A DNA stretch of 62,647 bases, filler included, from an uncultured bacterium (GCA_937863565.1; 6 parts of 6 records of this genome joined end to end with filler, not necessarily neighbours in it); one strand, 5' to 3'; positions 48,584 through 57,504 are shown, counted from the first letter of the whole stretch. A program made the numbers and translations. Notes: a model not told the origin generated them from the sequence alone.

Positions 48584-49570
48584 ATGTGTCCCGCTAATCT
48601 GACTCCTGAATACCTTTTAGCCGAAAAGAACTACAAAGCGGCAAGGGATAATGAAGAGCGTCTATACTGGCTTGAGGAGATGCTCGCAAAGATCCCCAAA
48701 CATAAAGGGACGGACCATATGCAGGCGGACCTTAAAAGGAAGATCTCTCAGCTCAAGCAGACAATAGAATCGAAACAGAAAACGAGATCCGGCGGACATT
48801 CCGGGAAGATCGATAAAGAGGGCGCGCTTCAGGTCATTCTTACAGGCCCTGCCAACACGGGGAAATCCGCTTTCCTCACATTCTACACTTCGAACGAGAC
48901 ATCCGCTGTGACGGATTATCCTTTCGCCACGGAAACAATGACCCCCGGAATGGCCAGATGGGAGAATCTCAATATTCAGTTCGTTGATACCCCATCCTTG
49001 AAAGAAGGGTTCACTCCTTTTTACGTATTCAACCAATTCAGAATAGCGGATGAAGCGCTTCTGATCCTTGCCGCTGATGAAAATCTTGAAGAACAGTATG
49101 AACTTTCTAAGGCACTTCTTCTTTCAAAGAGCATCAAACTCAGCGCCGGAAACAAAAAATACGAAGCGGACGGCATTGTTAATATACCGGCGGCAGTGCT
49201 CATCAATAAGGCAGATCTTAAGAACGATATAATGATCCCCGGTACATTGAAGAACGATTTTCCCGGCAGGTTGATCTTTCTCAGCGTCATGCTGGCAGAG
49301 AAAAGGGATGAGATATTCAAAGCGATCTATACGTGCTCCTCGCGCATCCGCGTATACACGAAAGAACAGGGTAAAAAACCCAATATGGAACACCCTTTCT
49401 TCGTTCCCGGCGACACGACCGTGATCCGGCTTGCCGCTATGATCCACAAGGATTTCGTGGAAAAATTCAAATATGCCACTGTCTGGGGCGGCGGCTTCTA
49501 CGATGCCCAGAGGATAGGCAAGGACGAGGTGCTGAAAGACGGAGTGATAATAGAGTACTACTTGAAATAG
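48584..49570 (+). CDS. DRG/Obg-family GTPase with TGS domain
   Basis: PANL, PKHKGT, GPANTGKS, YPFAT, DTP, NKAD, IRVYTK, IHKD..F.YA.VWG. Confidence 0.88.
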   Translation: MCPANLTPEYLLAEKNYKAARDNEERLYWLEEMLAKIPKHKGTDHMQADLKRKISQLKQTIESKQKTRSGGHSGKIDKEGALQVILTGPANTGKSAFLTFYTSNETSAVTDYPFATETMTPGMARWENLNIQFVDTPSLKEGFTPFYVFNQFRIADEALLILAADENLEEQYELSKALLLSKSIKLSAGNKKYEADGIVNIPAAVLINKADLKNDIMIPGTLKNDFPGRLIFLSVMLAEKRDEIFKAIYTCSSRIRVYTKEQGKKPNMEHPFFVPGDTTVIRLAAMIHKDFVEKFKYATVWGGGFYDAQRIGKDEVLKDGVIIEYYLK

Positions 49571-49625
49571 TGAATAGTGAAGAATGAAAACACCTATTGT
49601 TTTATTACTCGGTTAACGGGTTGGC
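49568..49625 (+). repeat. Repeat module after the GTPase stop
   Basis: TAGTGAATAGTGAAGAATGAAAA...TTTATTACTCGGTTAACGGG; similar to 52083-52136. Confidence 0.7.
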
Positions 49626-49770
49626 AAGGGAGTTGCCTTAGGGTCATCGGGCTGAGAAGCATTGAAAAGTGGAGTGGAAAGAGGAGGAATTAATAGTATG
49701 AAATATTGTAAAAAATACGGAAAAAAAGTAAAATTATCGCACACTTCCTTGAAGTGAAAAGGAGGCATAT

Positions 49771-50706
49771 ATGAAAAGGGGCAATCTAATAAGAATTGCT
49801 TTGCTCGCAATACTTCTGCTCGCCGTATCTGTGTATTCTGCAGGTAAAACGGTAACGCTTAAACTCAATCTTCAGAAAGGCCAGTCATACGGGGTTAAGA
49901 TGGTAATGGACCAATTCATAACCCAGACACTTCAGGGTCAAAAAATGGAGATAACCCAGAATATCGCCATGGGGTATGTTCTGGAAGTTATGGATCGCGA
50001 TCAGTCCGGCAATATGAAAGTTAAGGTAACATATAAGACCATCTCTTTCAGATCGAAGACCCCGATGGTCTCTTTAGAATACGATTCTGAAAAACAAACG
50101 GATCAGATCGACCCTTCACTCGTCGGTTATGCCGCTTTGGTAGGCAAAAGTTATACAATGACCTTTACACCAGCCGGTCATGTGCTCGAGGTCGGGGGGA
50201 TAAATGAAATGATCGATGAGATCATATCCAAACTGGAATTGCCCGATGAAGAAATGAAAAATTCCGTAAAAGCTCAAATGCAGGCCCAGTTCGGAGAAGA
50301 GTCGATCCGGGAATCCATGGAGAATGCTTTTGCCATTTATCCCGAGAAAGAAGTAAAGAAGGGAAGCAAATGGAAGAAACGCATAATCATGTCCAAGGGA
50401 TTCCCCATGATCGTGGATACGATCTGGAAACTGAAATCACGGGTTGACGGGATATCCACTCTGGAAGTGGCCTCCAAAGTGAAACCGAATCCCGACGCGG
50501 CACCCCTTGATCTCGGAATAATGAAGATGTCCTACACAGTATCAGGCAAACAGGGCGGAACGATAGAAGTGGACGAGGATACGGGCTGGACATTAAGAGC
50601 GAAGATAATACAGAACATCTCAGGCACGGTGAAGATGGAAGGCCAGCAGAACATGGAATGGCCGATGACGATAAAGAGCACAATGGAGTATGAACCGCTG
50701 AAATAG
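49771..50706 (+). CDS. Secreted protein, DUF6263-like
   Basis: Signal peptide, LKLNLQKGQSY, YDS, YPEKEVK.G..W, D..TGW. AGGAGG SD. Confidence 0.75.
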   Translation: MKRGNLIRIALLAILLLAVSVYSAGKTVTLKLNLQKGQSYGVKMVMDQFITQTLQGQKMEITQNIAMGYVLEVMDRDQSGNMKVKVTYKTISFRSKTPMVSLEYDSEKQTDQIDPSLVGYAALVGKSYTMTFTPAGHVLEVGGINEMIDEIISKLELPDEEMKNSVKAQMQAQFGEESIRESMENAFAIYPEKEVKKGSKWKKRIIMSKGFPMIVDTIWKLKSRVDGISTLEVASKVKPNPDAAPLDLGIMKMSYTVSGKQGGTIEVDEDTGWTLRAKIIQNISGTVKMEGQQNMEWPMTIKSTMEYEPLK

Positions 50707-50835
50707 TTAGTGTGGAGTGTGGAGTACGCAGTGTGGAGTGGGTAATAGAAATGCAATTAAACAGTTGTCCGGTTAACGGGTGAGTGAAAGAACGCTTTAG
50801 GGTTAACGGGGTAAGAAGCAGTGAAAAATGAAAAA
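50707..50835 (+). repeat. Composite repeat module between accessory genes
   Basis: GTGTGGAGTGTGGAGTACGCAGTGTGGAG...CAGTTGTCCGGTTAACGGG...GGTTAACGGG...GCAGTGAAAAATGAA. Confidence 0.85.
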
Positions 50836-51945
50836 GGTTTGGATAGAAGAAGTACTTATGTCTTATTAATAGTGCTTGCGATATGCCTTGTCTATTTTTC
50901 ATTGACGAAAATATTGAAGAGAAAAGAAATGCTGAATGAACCGGAGAAGCAGAAAGAACCGAAGAAAGAGGAAAAGGTACTTCCAGTAATCGGAACAGAA
51001 AGGGAATTTGAAATATTGCTGACAAGGCAATTCGACGAAACTATATTAAGGATCGTTTATCTGAAAACGGAAGCGACAGTCGGGAGCGCTAAAACGATGA
51101 AATTGAGAGATAGGGGTGATCTTGATGGAATAGAAGATGAGGTGATGGTAGTTATCAAAGAACCACACGCGGTTGTAACTGCAAATAAGATAATATTTCT
51201 AAACGAGAAACAGAAGACGGTAAAAGAACTACTATTCAAAGATATAATGCCTTCCGGAAGTGATGCGTTTGTATGGCATTCGAAAAACGGGAGATTCATC
51301 GGGATTCGTACTAATATATTGAAACACGCCGATCCCTCGGGAGGAGGTGTCGAGGTAAAATTGGCCATTTATGACCTTAACGGGGAAAAGAAATGGGAGA
51401 TCAATATAAGCGATATAGGATATTATTCCCGACCATATATTTCGCCTGACGGGAAATATGTGGTATGTACCGGAGATTGGAGCCATCTTTATGCGGCCTA
51501 CCGTCCGTCCGTGAGAATATCGAGCGGAGAGATCATTGATCTTGGGCACAGTGATCACTTGATCAATTCAATAAGTATTGCAGACAGCGGAGATTTCTTT
51601 GCTTTGACAACAGAATCTCAAGGACATACTTCTACTGGCCGGGAGTGTTCTGCTGATAAAGTTGCAGAGAATTTATACGTATATGATAGGAATGGGAAGG
51701 AATTATGGAGGAAAGAAAAAGTAACGACAGCCACAGTATGTCTTTGCGCAGTAAAAATAATTAATAATGATACTGTCATTCTTTTCACGGGCCAGGGTGA
51801 GTATAAAATATACTTCTGGGACTTGGCTGGGAATCTACTGAAAGAACTACAGGGGAATGAAGAGATACACGCTCAATATTGGGAAGAAGAACAGAATGCA
51901 CAGCGGCAAACAGAAATTACGATGAATAAAAAGATCGAGAAATGA
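50821..51945 (+). CDS. Membrane-anchored hypothetical protein, beta-propeller-like
   Basis: N-terminal TM, K/E-rich linker, SKNGRF, YDLNGEKKW, ISPDGKY, YDRNGKELW, WDLAGNL. The start codon is uncertain. Confidence 0.75.
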   Translation: MKNEKGLDRRSTYVLLIVLAICLVYFSLTKILKRKEMLNEPEKQKEPKKEEKVLPVIGTEREFEILLTRQFDETILRIVYLKTEATVGSAKTMKLRDRGDLDGIEDEVMVVIKEPHAVVTANKIIFLNEKQKTVKELLFKDIMPSGSDAFVWHSKNGRFIGIRTNILKHADPSGGGVEVKLAIYDLNGEKKWEINISDIGYYSRPYISPDGKYVVCTGDWSHLYAAYRPSVRISSGEIIDLGHSDHLINSISIADSGDFFALTTESQGHTSTGRECSADKVAENLYVYDRNGKELWRKEKVTTATVCLCAVKIINNDTVILFTGQGEYKIYFWDLAGNLLKELQGNEEIHAQYWEEEQNAQRQTEITMNKKIEK

Positions 51946-52136
51946 TAATTAAGAATTGAGAATGGAGAATTACAGAAGAGGATAGAGGCTGGAGGATGGG
52001 GAAAGAAAAGTGTGGAGTGTGAAGTACGGAGTGTGAAGTGGAGCGGCAAGGCCGCGGTGCTTAGTGCAAAGTGTTTAGTGCAATAGTGAATAATAAAAAT
52101 ACATATTATTTTATTACACGGTTAACGTGTTAACGG
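51943..52136 (+). repeat. Composite repeat block at contig end
   Basis: GAATTGA/GAATGGA heptads, GTGTGGA/GTGTGAA, GAGCGGCAAGGCCGCGGTG (identical to 38050-38068), TTAGTGC, GTTAACG. Confidence 0.85.
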
Positions 52137-52236
52137 NNNNNNNNNNNNNNNNNNNNNNNNNNNNNNNNNNNNNNNNNNNNTTAATTAATTAANNNNNNNN
52201 NNNNNNNNNNNNNNNNNNNNNNNNNNNNNNNNNNNN
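52137..52236. other. Artificial contig linker
   Basis: N-run with TTAATTAATTAA. Confidence 0.99.
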
Positions 52237-52237
52237 G

Positions 52238-52510
52238 GATACTGAGCATAAAAGAATACGATTCGGATCGGGCATCTGCGGGCAGGCGGCCGACCTGAAA
52301 AAAACATTTATGATCCCGGATGTTACAAAGGAAGTGAATTACCTTTCCTGCAGCATCAGCGTGCGCTCCGAGATCGTTGTGCCTGTTTTCAATAATGAAA
52401 TTTTCGTGGCCGAGATCGATATCGATTCGCATTTTCCGGATGCTTTTTCAGAAACGGACAGGGATTTTCTGGAACAAGCCGCCGCCGTGATAGGCGAGAG
52501 TCTTTTCTGA
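52238..52510 (+). CDS. GAF-domain protein (fRMsr/MsrC-like), 3' fragment
   Basis: Frame open from the contig start: EHKRIRFGSGICGQAA...VNYLSCS...SEIVVP...EIDIDS. Confidence 0.85.
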   Translation, partial: DTEHKRIRFGSGICGQAADLKKTFMIPDVTKEVNYLSCSISVRSEIVVPVFNNEIFVAEIDIDSHFPDAFSETDRDFLEQAAAVIGESLF

Positions 52511-52538
52511 GGAAGATTTTTTTAGGATTATCCCTAAC

Positions 52539-52566
52539 TTGAATATTTTTCATTTTTTCATATAAT
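52539..52566 (+). promoter_or_regulatory. Putative sigma70 promoter
   Basis: TTGAAT-N16-TATAAT upstream of glgP. Confidence 0.6.
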
Positions 52567-52588
52567 GATCTAAATAACAAGAGGCAAT

Positions 52589-54316
52589 ATGGAAGGCATT
52601 CAGAGATTACGGACTATGGATAAAAGCGAGATAAAGATAGCGTATTTCAGTATGGAGATAGGCTTTGACGGGGACATCCCCACTTACAGCGGTGGTCTCG
52701 GAATACTCGCCGGGGATACGCTGCGCTCATGCGCTGATCTTGAGGTTCCCATCTGCGGGGTCACTTTGGTCAGCAATAAAGGTTATTTCATTCAACAGTT
52801 CGACAAGGATTTCAATCAGATCGAAGCGCCGAACAATTGGAAGATAGGCGATTTTCTTGAACCTCTCAAGGCAACCGTTACCGTTCCCATCTCGGGAAGA
52901 ACGGTTACCGTAAAGGCATGGAAATACGATCTTCCCGGCATTACCGGGCACAAGGTCCCCATTTTCTTTCTTGATACGGATTGCGAAGAGAATTCCGAAG
53001 AGGATAGAAAGATAACCTATTACCTCTATGGCGGAGACCGGAGGTATCGATTATTCCAGGAGGTAGTTCTCGGCATTGGCGGATATAAAATGCTGAAGAA
53101 ACTCGGTTTTTACGATATAGAGAAATTCCATATGAACGAGGGGCATTCGGCCCTTCTTACCGTAGAATTAAGGAAGGACCTTGTATCAGATTCCAGCTGG
53201 GATATCTTCGAGGCGGAAGTTACGACAAAAGTCCAGAACAGATGTGTTTTCACAACCCATACTCCGGTACCGGCGGGACATGATAAATTTTCCAAAGACC
53301 TTGTAAATGAAGTCATCGGTTCGTACTTGACGAAACACGAGCTTGATCTTCTCTGTCCTGACGGGGAGATGAACATGACGCTTCTCGCCCTTAATAACAG
53401 CAAATATATTAACGGAGTAGCAAAAAAACACGGAGAGGTCTCGCGCGAGATGTTCCCGGGTTACAAGATAGAATCGATCACGAACGGAGTGCACTCCTCT
53501 TTCTGGTGTTCCGATGCGCTCGCAGTTCTGTTCGATAAATATTTGAAAGACTGGCGCAAGGACCCTTTCACCATCCGCAATGCTTTCTCCATTCCCCCTC
53601 AGGAGATCTTGGAAGCACATACCGAGAATAAAAAGAAGCTCATCACCTATATAAACGAAAAATACGATTCCGGAATGGAAGCGGGGGTTTTCACGCTTGG
53701 ATTTGCGCGGAGGATCACTGCATATAAAAGACCGTTCATGTTCTTCGAGGATATGGAGCGCCTGAAAAAGATCAGCGAGAAAAGCGGAAAGATCCAGGTC
53801 GTTTTCGCGGGGAAGGCGCATCCCAATGATACGGACGGAAAACGCATTATCCGCGATATCAAGCTTTCAATCACGAAGCTCTCTCCCTTCATGAAACTCG
53901 TTTTTCTGGATAATTACAATATCAATCTTGCGAAAACGATCGTGGCCGGGGTCGATATCTGGCTGAACAACCCGCAACCGCCCAAAGAAGCGTCCGGGAC
54001 GAGCGGAATGAAGGCCAGCATCAACGGCATTCCAAATCTTTCCGTTCTTGACGGATGGTGGCTTGAAGGGCATGTGGAAAATGTTACCGGATGGTCGATA
54101 GGCGATCGCGAAGCCCTGTATCAGAATATCGAAGTCGAGCAGAAAACTGAACTCAACGATCTTTACGGCAAACTCGAAAAGATCATTATTCCTACTTATT
54201 ATAATAAAAAAGAAGACTGGATGCGGATCATGCAGAACTGCATCGCTTTTAACGGGTCTTTCTTCAATACGCACAGGATGGTATACCAGTACGTAGCCTC
54301 CGCCTACTTCGATTGA
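52589..54316 (+). CDS. glgP: Alpha-glucan phosphorylase (short form)
   Basis: AYFSME, YSGGLGILAGD, HMNEGH, FTTHTPVPAGHD, TNGVH, FARR..YKR, EASGTSGMKA. Confidence 0.95.
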   Translation: MEGIQRLRTMDKSEIKIAYFSMEIGFDGDIPTYSGGLGILAGDTLRSCADLEVPICGVTLVSNKGYFIQQFDKDFNQIEAPNNWKIGDFLEPLKATVTVPISGRTVTVKAWKYDLPGITGHKVPIFFLDTDCEENSEEDRKITYYLYGGDRRYRLFQEVVLGIGGYKMLKKLGFYDIEKFHMNEGHSALLTVELRKDLVSDSSWDIFEAEVTTKVQNRCVFTTHTPVPAGHDKFSKDLVNEVIGSYLTKHELDLLCPDGEMNMTLLALNNSKYINGVAKKHGEVSREMFPGYKIESITNGVHSSFWCSDALAVLFDKYLKDWRKDPFTIRNAFSIPPQEILEAHTENKKKLITYINEKYDSGMEAGVFTLGFARRITAYKRPFMFFEDMERLKKISEKSGKIQVVFAGKAHPNDTDGKRIIRDIKLSITKLSPFMKLVFLDNYNINLAKTIVAGVDIWLNNPQPPKEASGTSGMKASINGIPNLSVLDGWWLEGHVENVTGWSIGDREALYQNIEVEQKTELNDLYGKLEKIIIPTYYNKKEDWMRIMQNCIAFNGSFFNTHRMVYQYVASAYFD

Positions 54317-54804
54317 TGGCTTCCGGAAAAGATGAGATCATTAAAAGGTTCTCTTTGGAACCTCTGCCGGGAGAAGGGGGGTATTACAAAGAAACATACC
54401 GGTCCGGTAAAGATATTATCATCCGGGGCAAAAGAAGACCTCTTTGTACCTCGATCCTTTTTTTAATCTCGGAGGGATCTTTTTCGAGACTGCACAGATT
54501 GCCTTTCGACGAGATCTATCACTTTTATATGGGCGATTCCGTGAAAATGCTCTTACTTTTTCCTGACGGCAACGGGAAAAGGATTATTCTTGGAGGCGGC
54601 ACGAGGCAGGGAGAGCTCCCTCAATTTACCGTTCCGGCCGGCGTCTGGCAGGGAACAAGGATGAAGAAAGGCGGGAAATGGGCGCTTCTCGGCACAACGA
54701 TGTCTCCCGGATTTTCTTTCAATGATCTTATCTTGGGCGAAAAAGCTTTTCTCGGCAAGAAGTATCCCTCTTTTCGGAATGATATCTCGAAACTGACACC
54801 GTAG
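54316..54804 (+). CDS. Cupin_5 (DUF985) protein
   Basis: P.PGEGGYYKETY, TSI.FL, S.LHRL..DEIYHFY.G, VPAG.WQG, PGF. Confidence 0.9.
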   Translation: MASGKDEIIKRFSLEPLPGEGGYYKETYRSGKDIIIRGKRRPLCTSILFLISEGSFSRLHRLPFDEIYHFYMGDSVKMLLLFPDGNGKRIILGGGTRQGELPQFTVPAGVWQGTRMKKGGKWALLGTTMSPGFSFNDLILGEKAFLGKKYPSFRNDISKLTP

Positions 54805-54871
54805 GCATTACGGAATATTTAACAGCATCGATTTTGATTTTTTTATAAAATCGTGTAAAATATGCCGTTGT

Positions 54872-54944
54872 GGGGATGTGGCTCAGTTGGGAGAGCGACG
54901 CGTTCGCAACGCGTAGGTCGCCGGTTCAAGTCCGGTCATCTCCA
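54872..54944 (+). tRNA. tRNA-Ala(CGC), CCA not encoded
   Basis: GGGGATG/CATCTCC acceptor with G3:U70, D-arm GCTCAGTTGGGAGAGC, anticodon arm ACGCG-TTCGCAA-CGCGT, T-loop TTCAAGT, discriminator A. Upstream TTGATT-N16-TAAAAT. Confidence 0.96.
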
Positions 54945-55030
54945 CTTCTTTTTTCCCTCTACTTAATCGCAAAGAGCGTCCTTAAGCAGAAATTCTCTTG
55001 AACCCGCATTTATTACCGGGTCGCCGGGTC

Positions 55031-55085
55031 AAGTTACCGAGAGGACTCGGTTTAAGTTACCGAGAGGACTCGGTTTAAGTTACCG
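55031..55085. repeat. 23-bp tandem repeat with internal hairpin, at contig end
   Basis: (AAGTTACCGAGAGGACTCGGTTT) x2.4; each unit contains ACCGAG-AGGA-CTCGGT. Confidence 0.85.
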
Positions 55086-55185
55086 NNNNNNNNNNNNNNN
55101 NNNNNNNNNNNNNNNNNNNNNNNNNNNNNTTAATTAATTAANNNNNNNNNNNNNNNNNNNNNNNNNNNNNNNNNNNNNNNNNNNN
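55086..55185. other. Artificial contig linker
   Basis: N-run with TTAATTAATTAA. Confidence 0.99.
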
Positions 55186-55675
55186 CCCAACCATAAAGTA
55201 TTTCATCCACACTATAAGCCAATGCATACGCCTCTCCGGTGGTCGTCTTGCCTATGTAATACGGCCAGTTGTTTTGCATTTTTTCCCAATCGGATTCTTT
55301 AATGAAGCCGATTATTTCTGTTTTCTTAGTCCCATCCGGGAGGGATATGGTTATACTCTTTGTTTCTGAATAAGAATATCCCATCCTGTCGTCAAACCGA
55401 TCAGAAACGCCACTTTCTTCTTGTATTTGCCCTGAGGCGTTTATTTTGACAACATAGTATTTATCACCTTCTCCGACATCGATCCGGTATGAACCTGTAT
55501 CATATTCGTATATTCTTTTTGTTATATCTAGAATATTCCTGTCCTCTACAGTCCAGTTATTGGGATTTGCTGTATACTCGACGGCTTTTGCAACTACTTC
55601 ATCTCTGGTCAATGAATAAATAGCGCCGGGAAAGTACATTGCCAGAAGAATAAAAAATAAGACCTTTCTTTTCAT
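55186..55675 (-). CDS. Secreted hypothetical protein, 5' fragment
   Basis: Signal peptide MKRKVLFFILLAM, then LTRDEVVAKAVEY; runs into the gap. Confidence 0.7.
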
Positions 55676-55679
55676 ATCA

Positions 55680-56981
55680 TTATTGCCTTTTAGGTTCATA
55701 ATCATATTTCACAACCCTCAATCCATTTTCTTCTGTTCCCATTTGCAATCGGCGCGGCACGAATTGCGGTTCCTCCCATATTTTAATGAGTTGCCCTTCA
55801 TAATTAAATATATAGTAGTTGGTCCCTTTAATGCCTTTGCCCGCAACCCCTATGTGTATTTCCTTCTTATTCGTATTTATCGTTGGAGATGTAGCTATTC
55901 TATAATGATCATCTTGCCATTTTAGAACAAGGAGTGTTTTTTTCTCTCCGTTTGTTATTGAGTAGCCTTTTTTATTTTCATTATCACTTTGTATTTCTTT
56001 TACCTCTGGTTTCATTATATTTCGCGCTTTTATTGCTTTTTTCACTTCATATTTTTCTTCCATTTGAGCATCGAATTCTCCGGTATGTGTGTAATATTTC
56101 TTATTGATAATATCATAAACGTTAACTCCATACGAGTAGGCTCCGACAGCTCCTATATATGGCGAGTCATCTAATTCCAGACATATGCCGTAATATTCTC
56201 CGATATGACTCCTCAACGCCGGCAATCCCTCCCACTTCTTCACCACCACATCATCCCTGAACTGCCAGACCTCGCCTTTCTCTTCCTTTTTCCAGGGATT
56301 CCTGATGAGATAATAATACAGATTGTCCTCCGAATCGATAACAATATTGATGCCTCTATACTTATAATCATGCACTACTTTAACAAATTTCTTTTTTACC
56401 TCTATTGAACTCGGATCAAAGGGATCTTCCGCTGCTCTCATCGTCCTTGAATCGAGTGTCAGTATAGTCTCGGCATTTAATCTTTTCCCGCTGAAGCCTT
56501 CAATGATTATACTTTTTATATATTTCCCGTCAGGATCATATTTCTGTATCCTGTTATTGATCGCATCAAGGATATATATATTTCCCTTCGTATCAACAGC
56601 CATGCTGCTTGGCTTCAATATTTCGGGATCGTTCACCCTCCCATCACTCCAGAAACCGAATTCATACGGCCCGGGGCCTGCCTCCAGTGTTTCTCCCGTT
56701 CCCATCTCTCCCTCTATGATCACCTTCGACACATATTCATATACGGGAACTCCCATCTTCTCGATATCGTCTATCACGATCTCAATCGTCTCACTTATAC
56801 TCCCTGTCTCAGGCTTCAATACGGGCGGTTCCTTGACATTAACTGTCTCTTTCTTGACCTCGACCGACTTTTCCTCCTTCACCGCTTCTTTCGGTTCTTC
56901 CTTCTTCATCAGTTTTGCCGAATTAAGGCAAAGAACGCACATCAATAACGCTAAGATCAACACATAAATGCTCTTTTTCAT
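55680..56981 (-). CDS. Exported/anchored protein with an NHL-type repeat
   Basis: Hydrophobic N-terminus, K/E-rich linker, PSSMAVDTKGNIYILDAINNRIQKYDPDGKY. AAGGAG SD. Confidence 0.8.
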   Translation of the reverse strand: MKKSIYVLILALLMCVLCLNSAKLMKKEEPKEAVKEEKSVEVKKETVNVKEPPVLKPETGSISETIEIVIDDIEKMGVPVYEYVSKVIIEGEMGTGETLEAGPGPYEFGFWSDGRVNDPEILKPSSMAVDTKGNIYILDAINNRIQKYDPDGKYIKSIIIEGFSGKRLNAETILTLDSRTMRAAEDPFDPSSIEVKKKFVKVVHDYKYRGINIVIDSEDNLYYYLIRNPWKKEEKGEVWQFRDDVVVKKWEGLPALRSHIGEYYGICLELDDSPYIGAVGAYSYGVNVYDIINKKYYTHTGEFDAQMEEKYEVKKAIKARNIMKPEVKEIQSDNENKKGYSITNGEKKTLLVLKWQDDHYRIATSPTINTNKKEIHIGVAGKGIKGTNYYIFNYEGQLIKIWEEPQFVPRRLQMGTEENGLRVVKYDYEPKRQ

Positions 56982-57268
56982 ATGACTCTCCTTTTATTTT
57001 CTTGTATTAAGGGCAATACTGTTCTATACATCATTTCGCTCATAAGTATTTTTAAAGACGAGAAGCCCCCTTATGCCGATGACAGCTTCTTTTCCGTTAG
57101 ATCGGCCCTTGAATGCCGAATTGCTTTAATTTAATCAAACCGCGGATATTTTAGCATCTTAAAATTTAAAATCAAGTGTTTTTGAAAATTCATTTTTCTT
57201 CCTCTTTTCCTGCCTTTCCGGATAAAATGGGCATTCTGAGGATTTTCCTTTCTATTCGAATAAATATC

Positions 57269-57464
57269 AGGGACGTTGGTTGACATTGTTGATAAAATAA
57301 CAGGGTTTTTCTCATCCTAAAGCCCTATAGAGAAGTAAATATAAAGAAAAATCATTGCAAGGCACACTACGGAAGAAAATTACCATTTAACTTCAATATG
57401 AAGATGTTTCCTATATATCTATAAATATATTCTAAATATGTCAACAATGTCAACCAACGTCCCT
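57269..57464. mobile_element. 196-bp element with perfect 24-bp terminal inverted repeats (MITE/REPIN-like)
   Basis: AGGGACGTTGGTTGACATTGTTGA (57269-57292) and its reverse complement (57441-57464) around an AT-rich 148-bp core. Confidence 0.6.
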
Positions 57465-57475
57465 ATTTTTAAAAA

Positions 57476-57504
57476 TTGATTTAATTCAAGCTCTGTGGTA
57501 AAAT
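57476..57504 (+). promoter_or_regulatory. Putative sigma70 promoter (short or no leader)
   Basis: TTGATT-N17-TAAAAT with a TG extension; ATG 9 nt later with no SD. Confidence 0.55.

Noticed and set aside
32486-51945. Four genes abutting repeat blocks all end in AAA (Lys) plus stop
   Set aside because: C-terminal Lys is also common in ordinary genes here (gatA, TamB-like, ntpI, ntpK), so this is not distinguishable from background.
47916-52136. Classical integron attC sites
   Set aside because: GTTAACG does not fit GTTRRRY, no R/L-box stem is evident and there is no intI.
55031-55085. Possible CRISPR array
   Set aside because: The 23-bp units are contiguous with no spacers, and no cas genes are present.
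7983-55185. Five TTAATTAATTAA palindromes inside N-runs, and ORFs ending ...XXXLIN
   Set aside because: These are artificial contig linkers with six-frame stops. They are not biological, and cross-gap synteny cannot be inferred.
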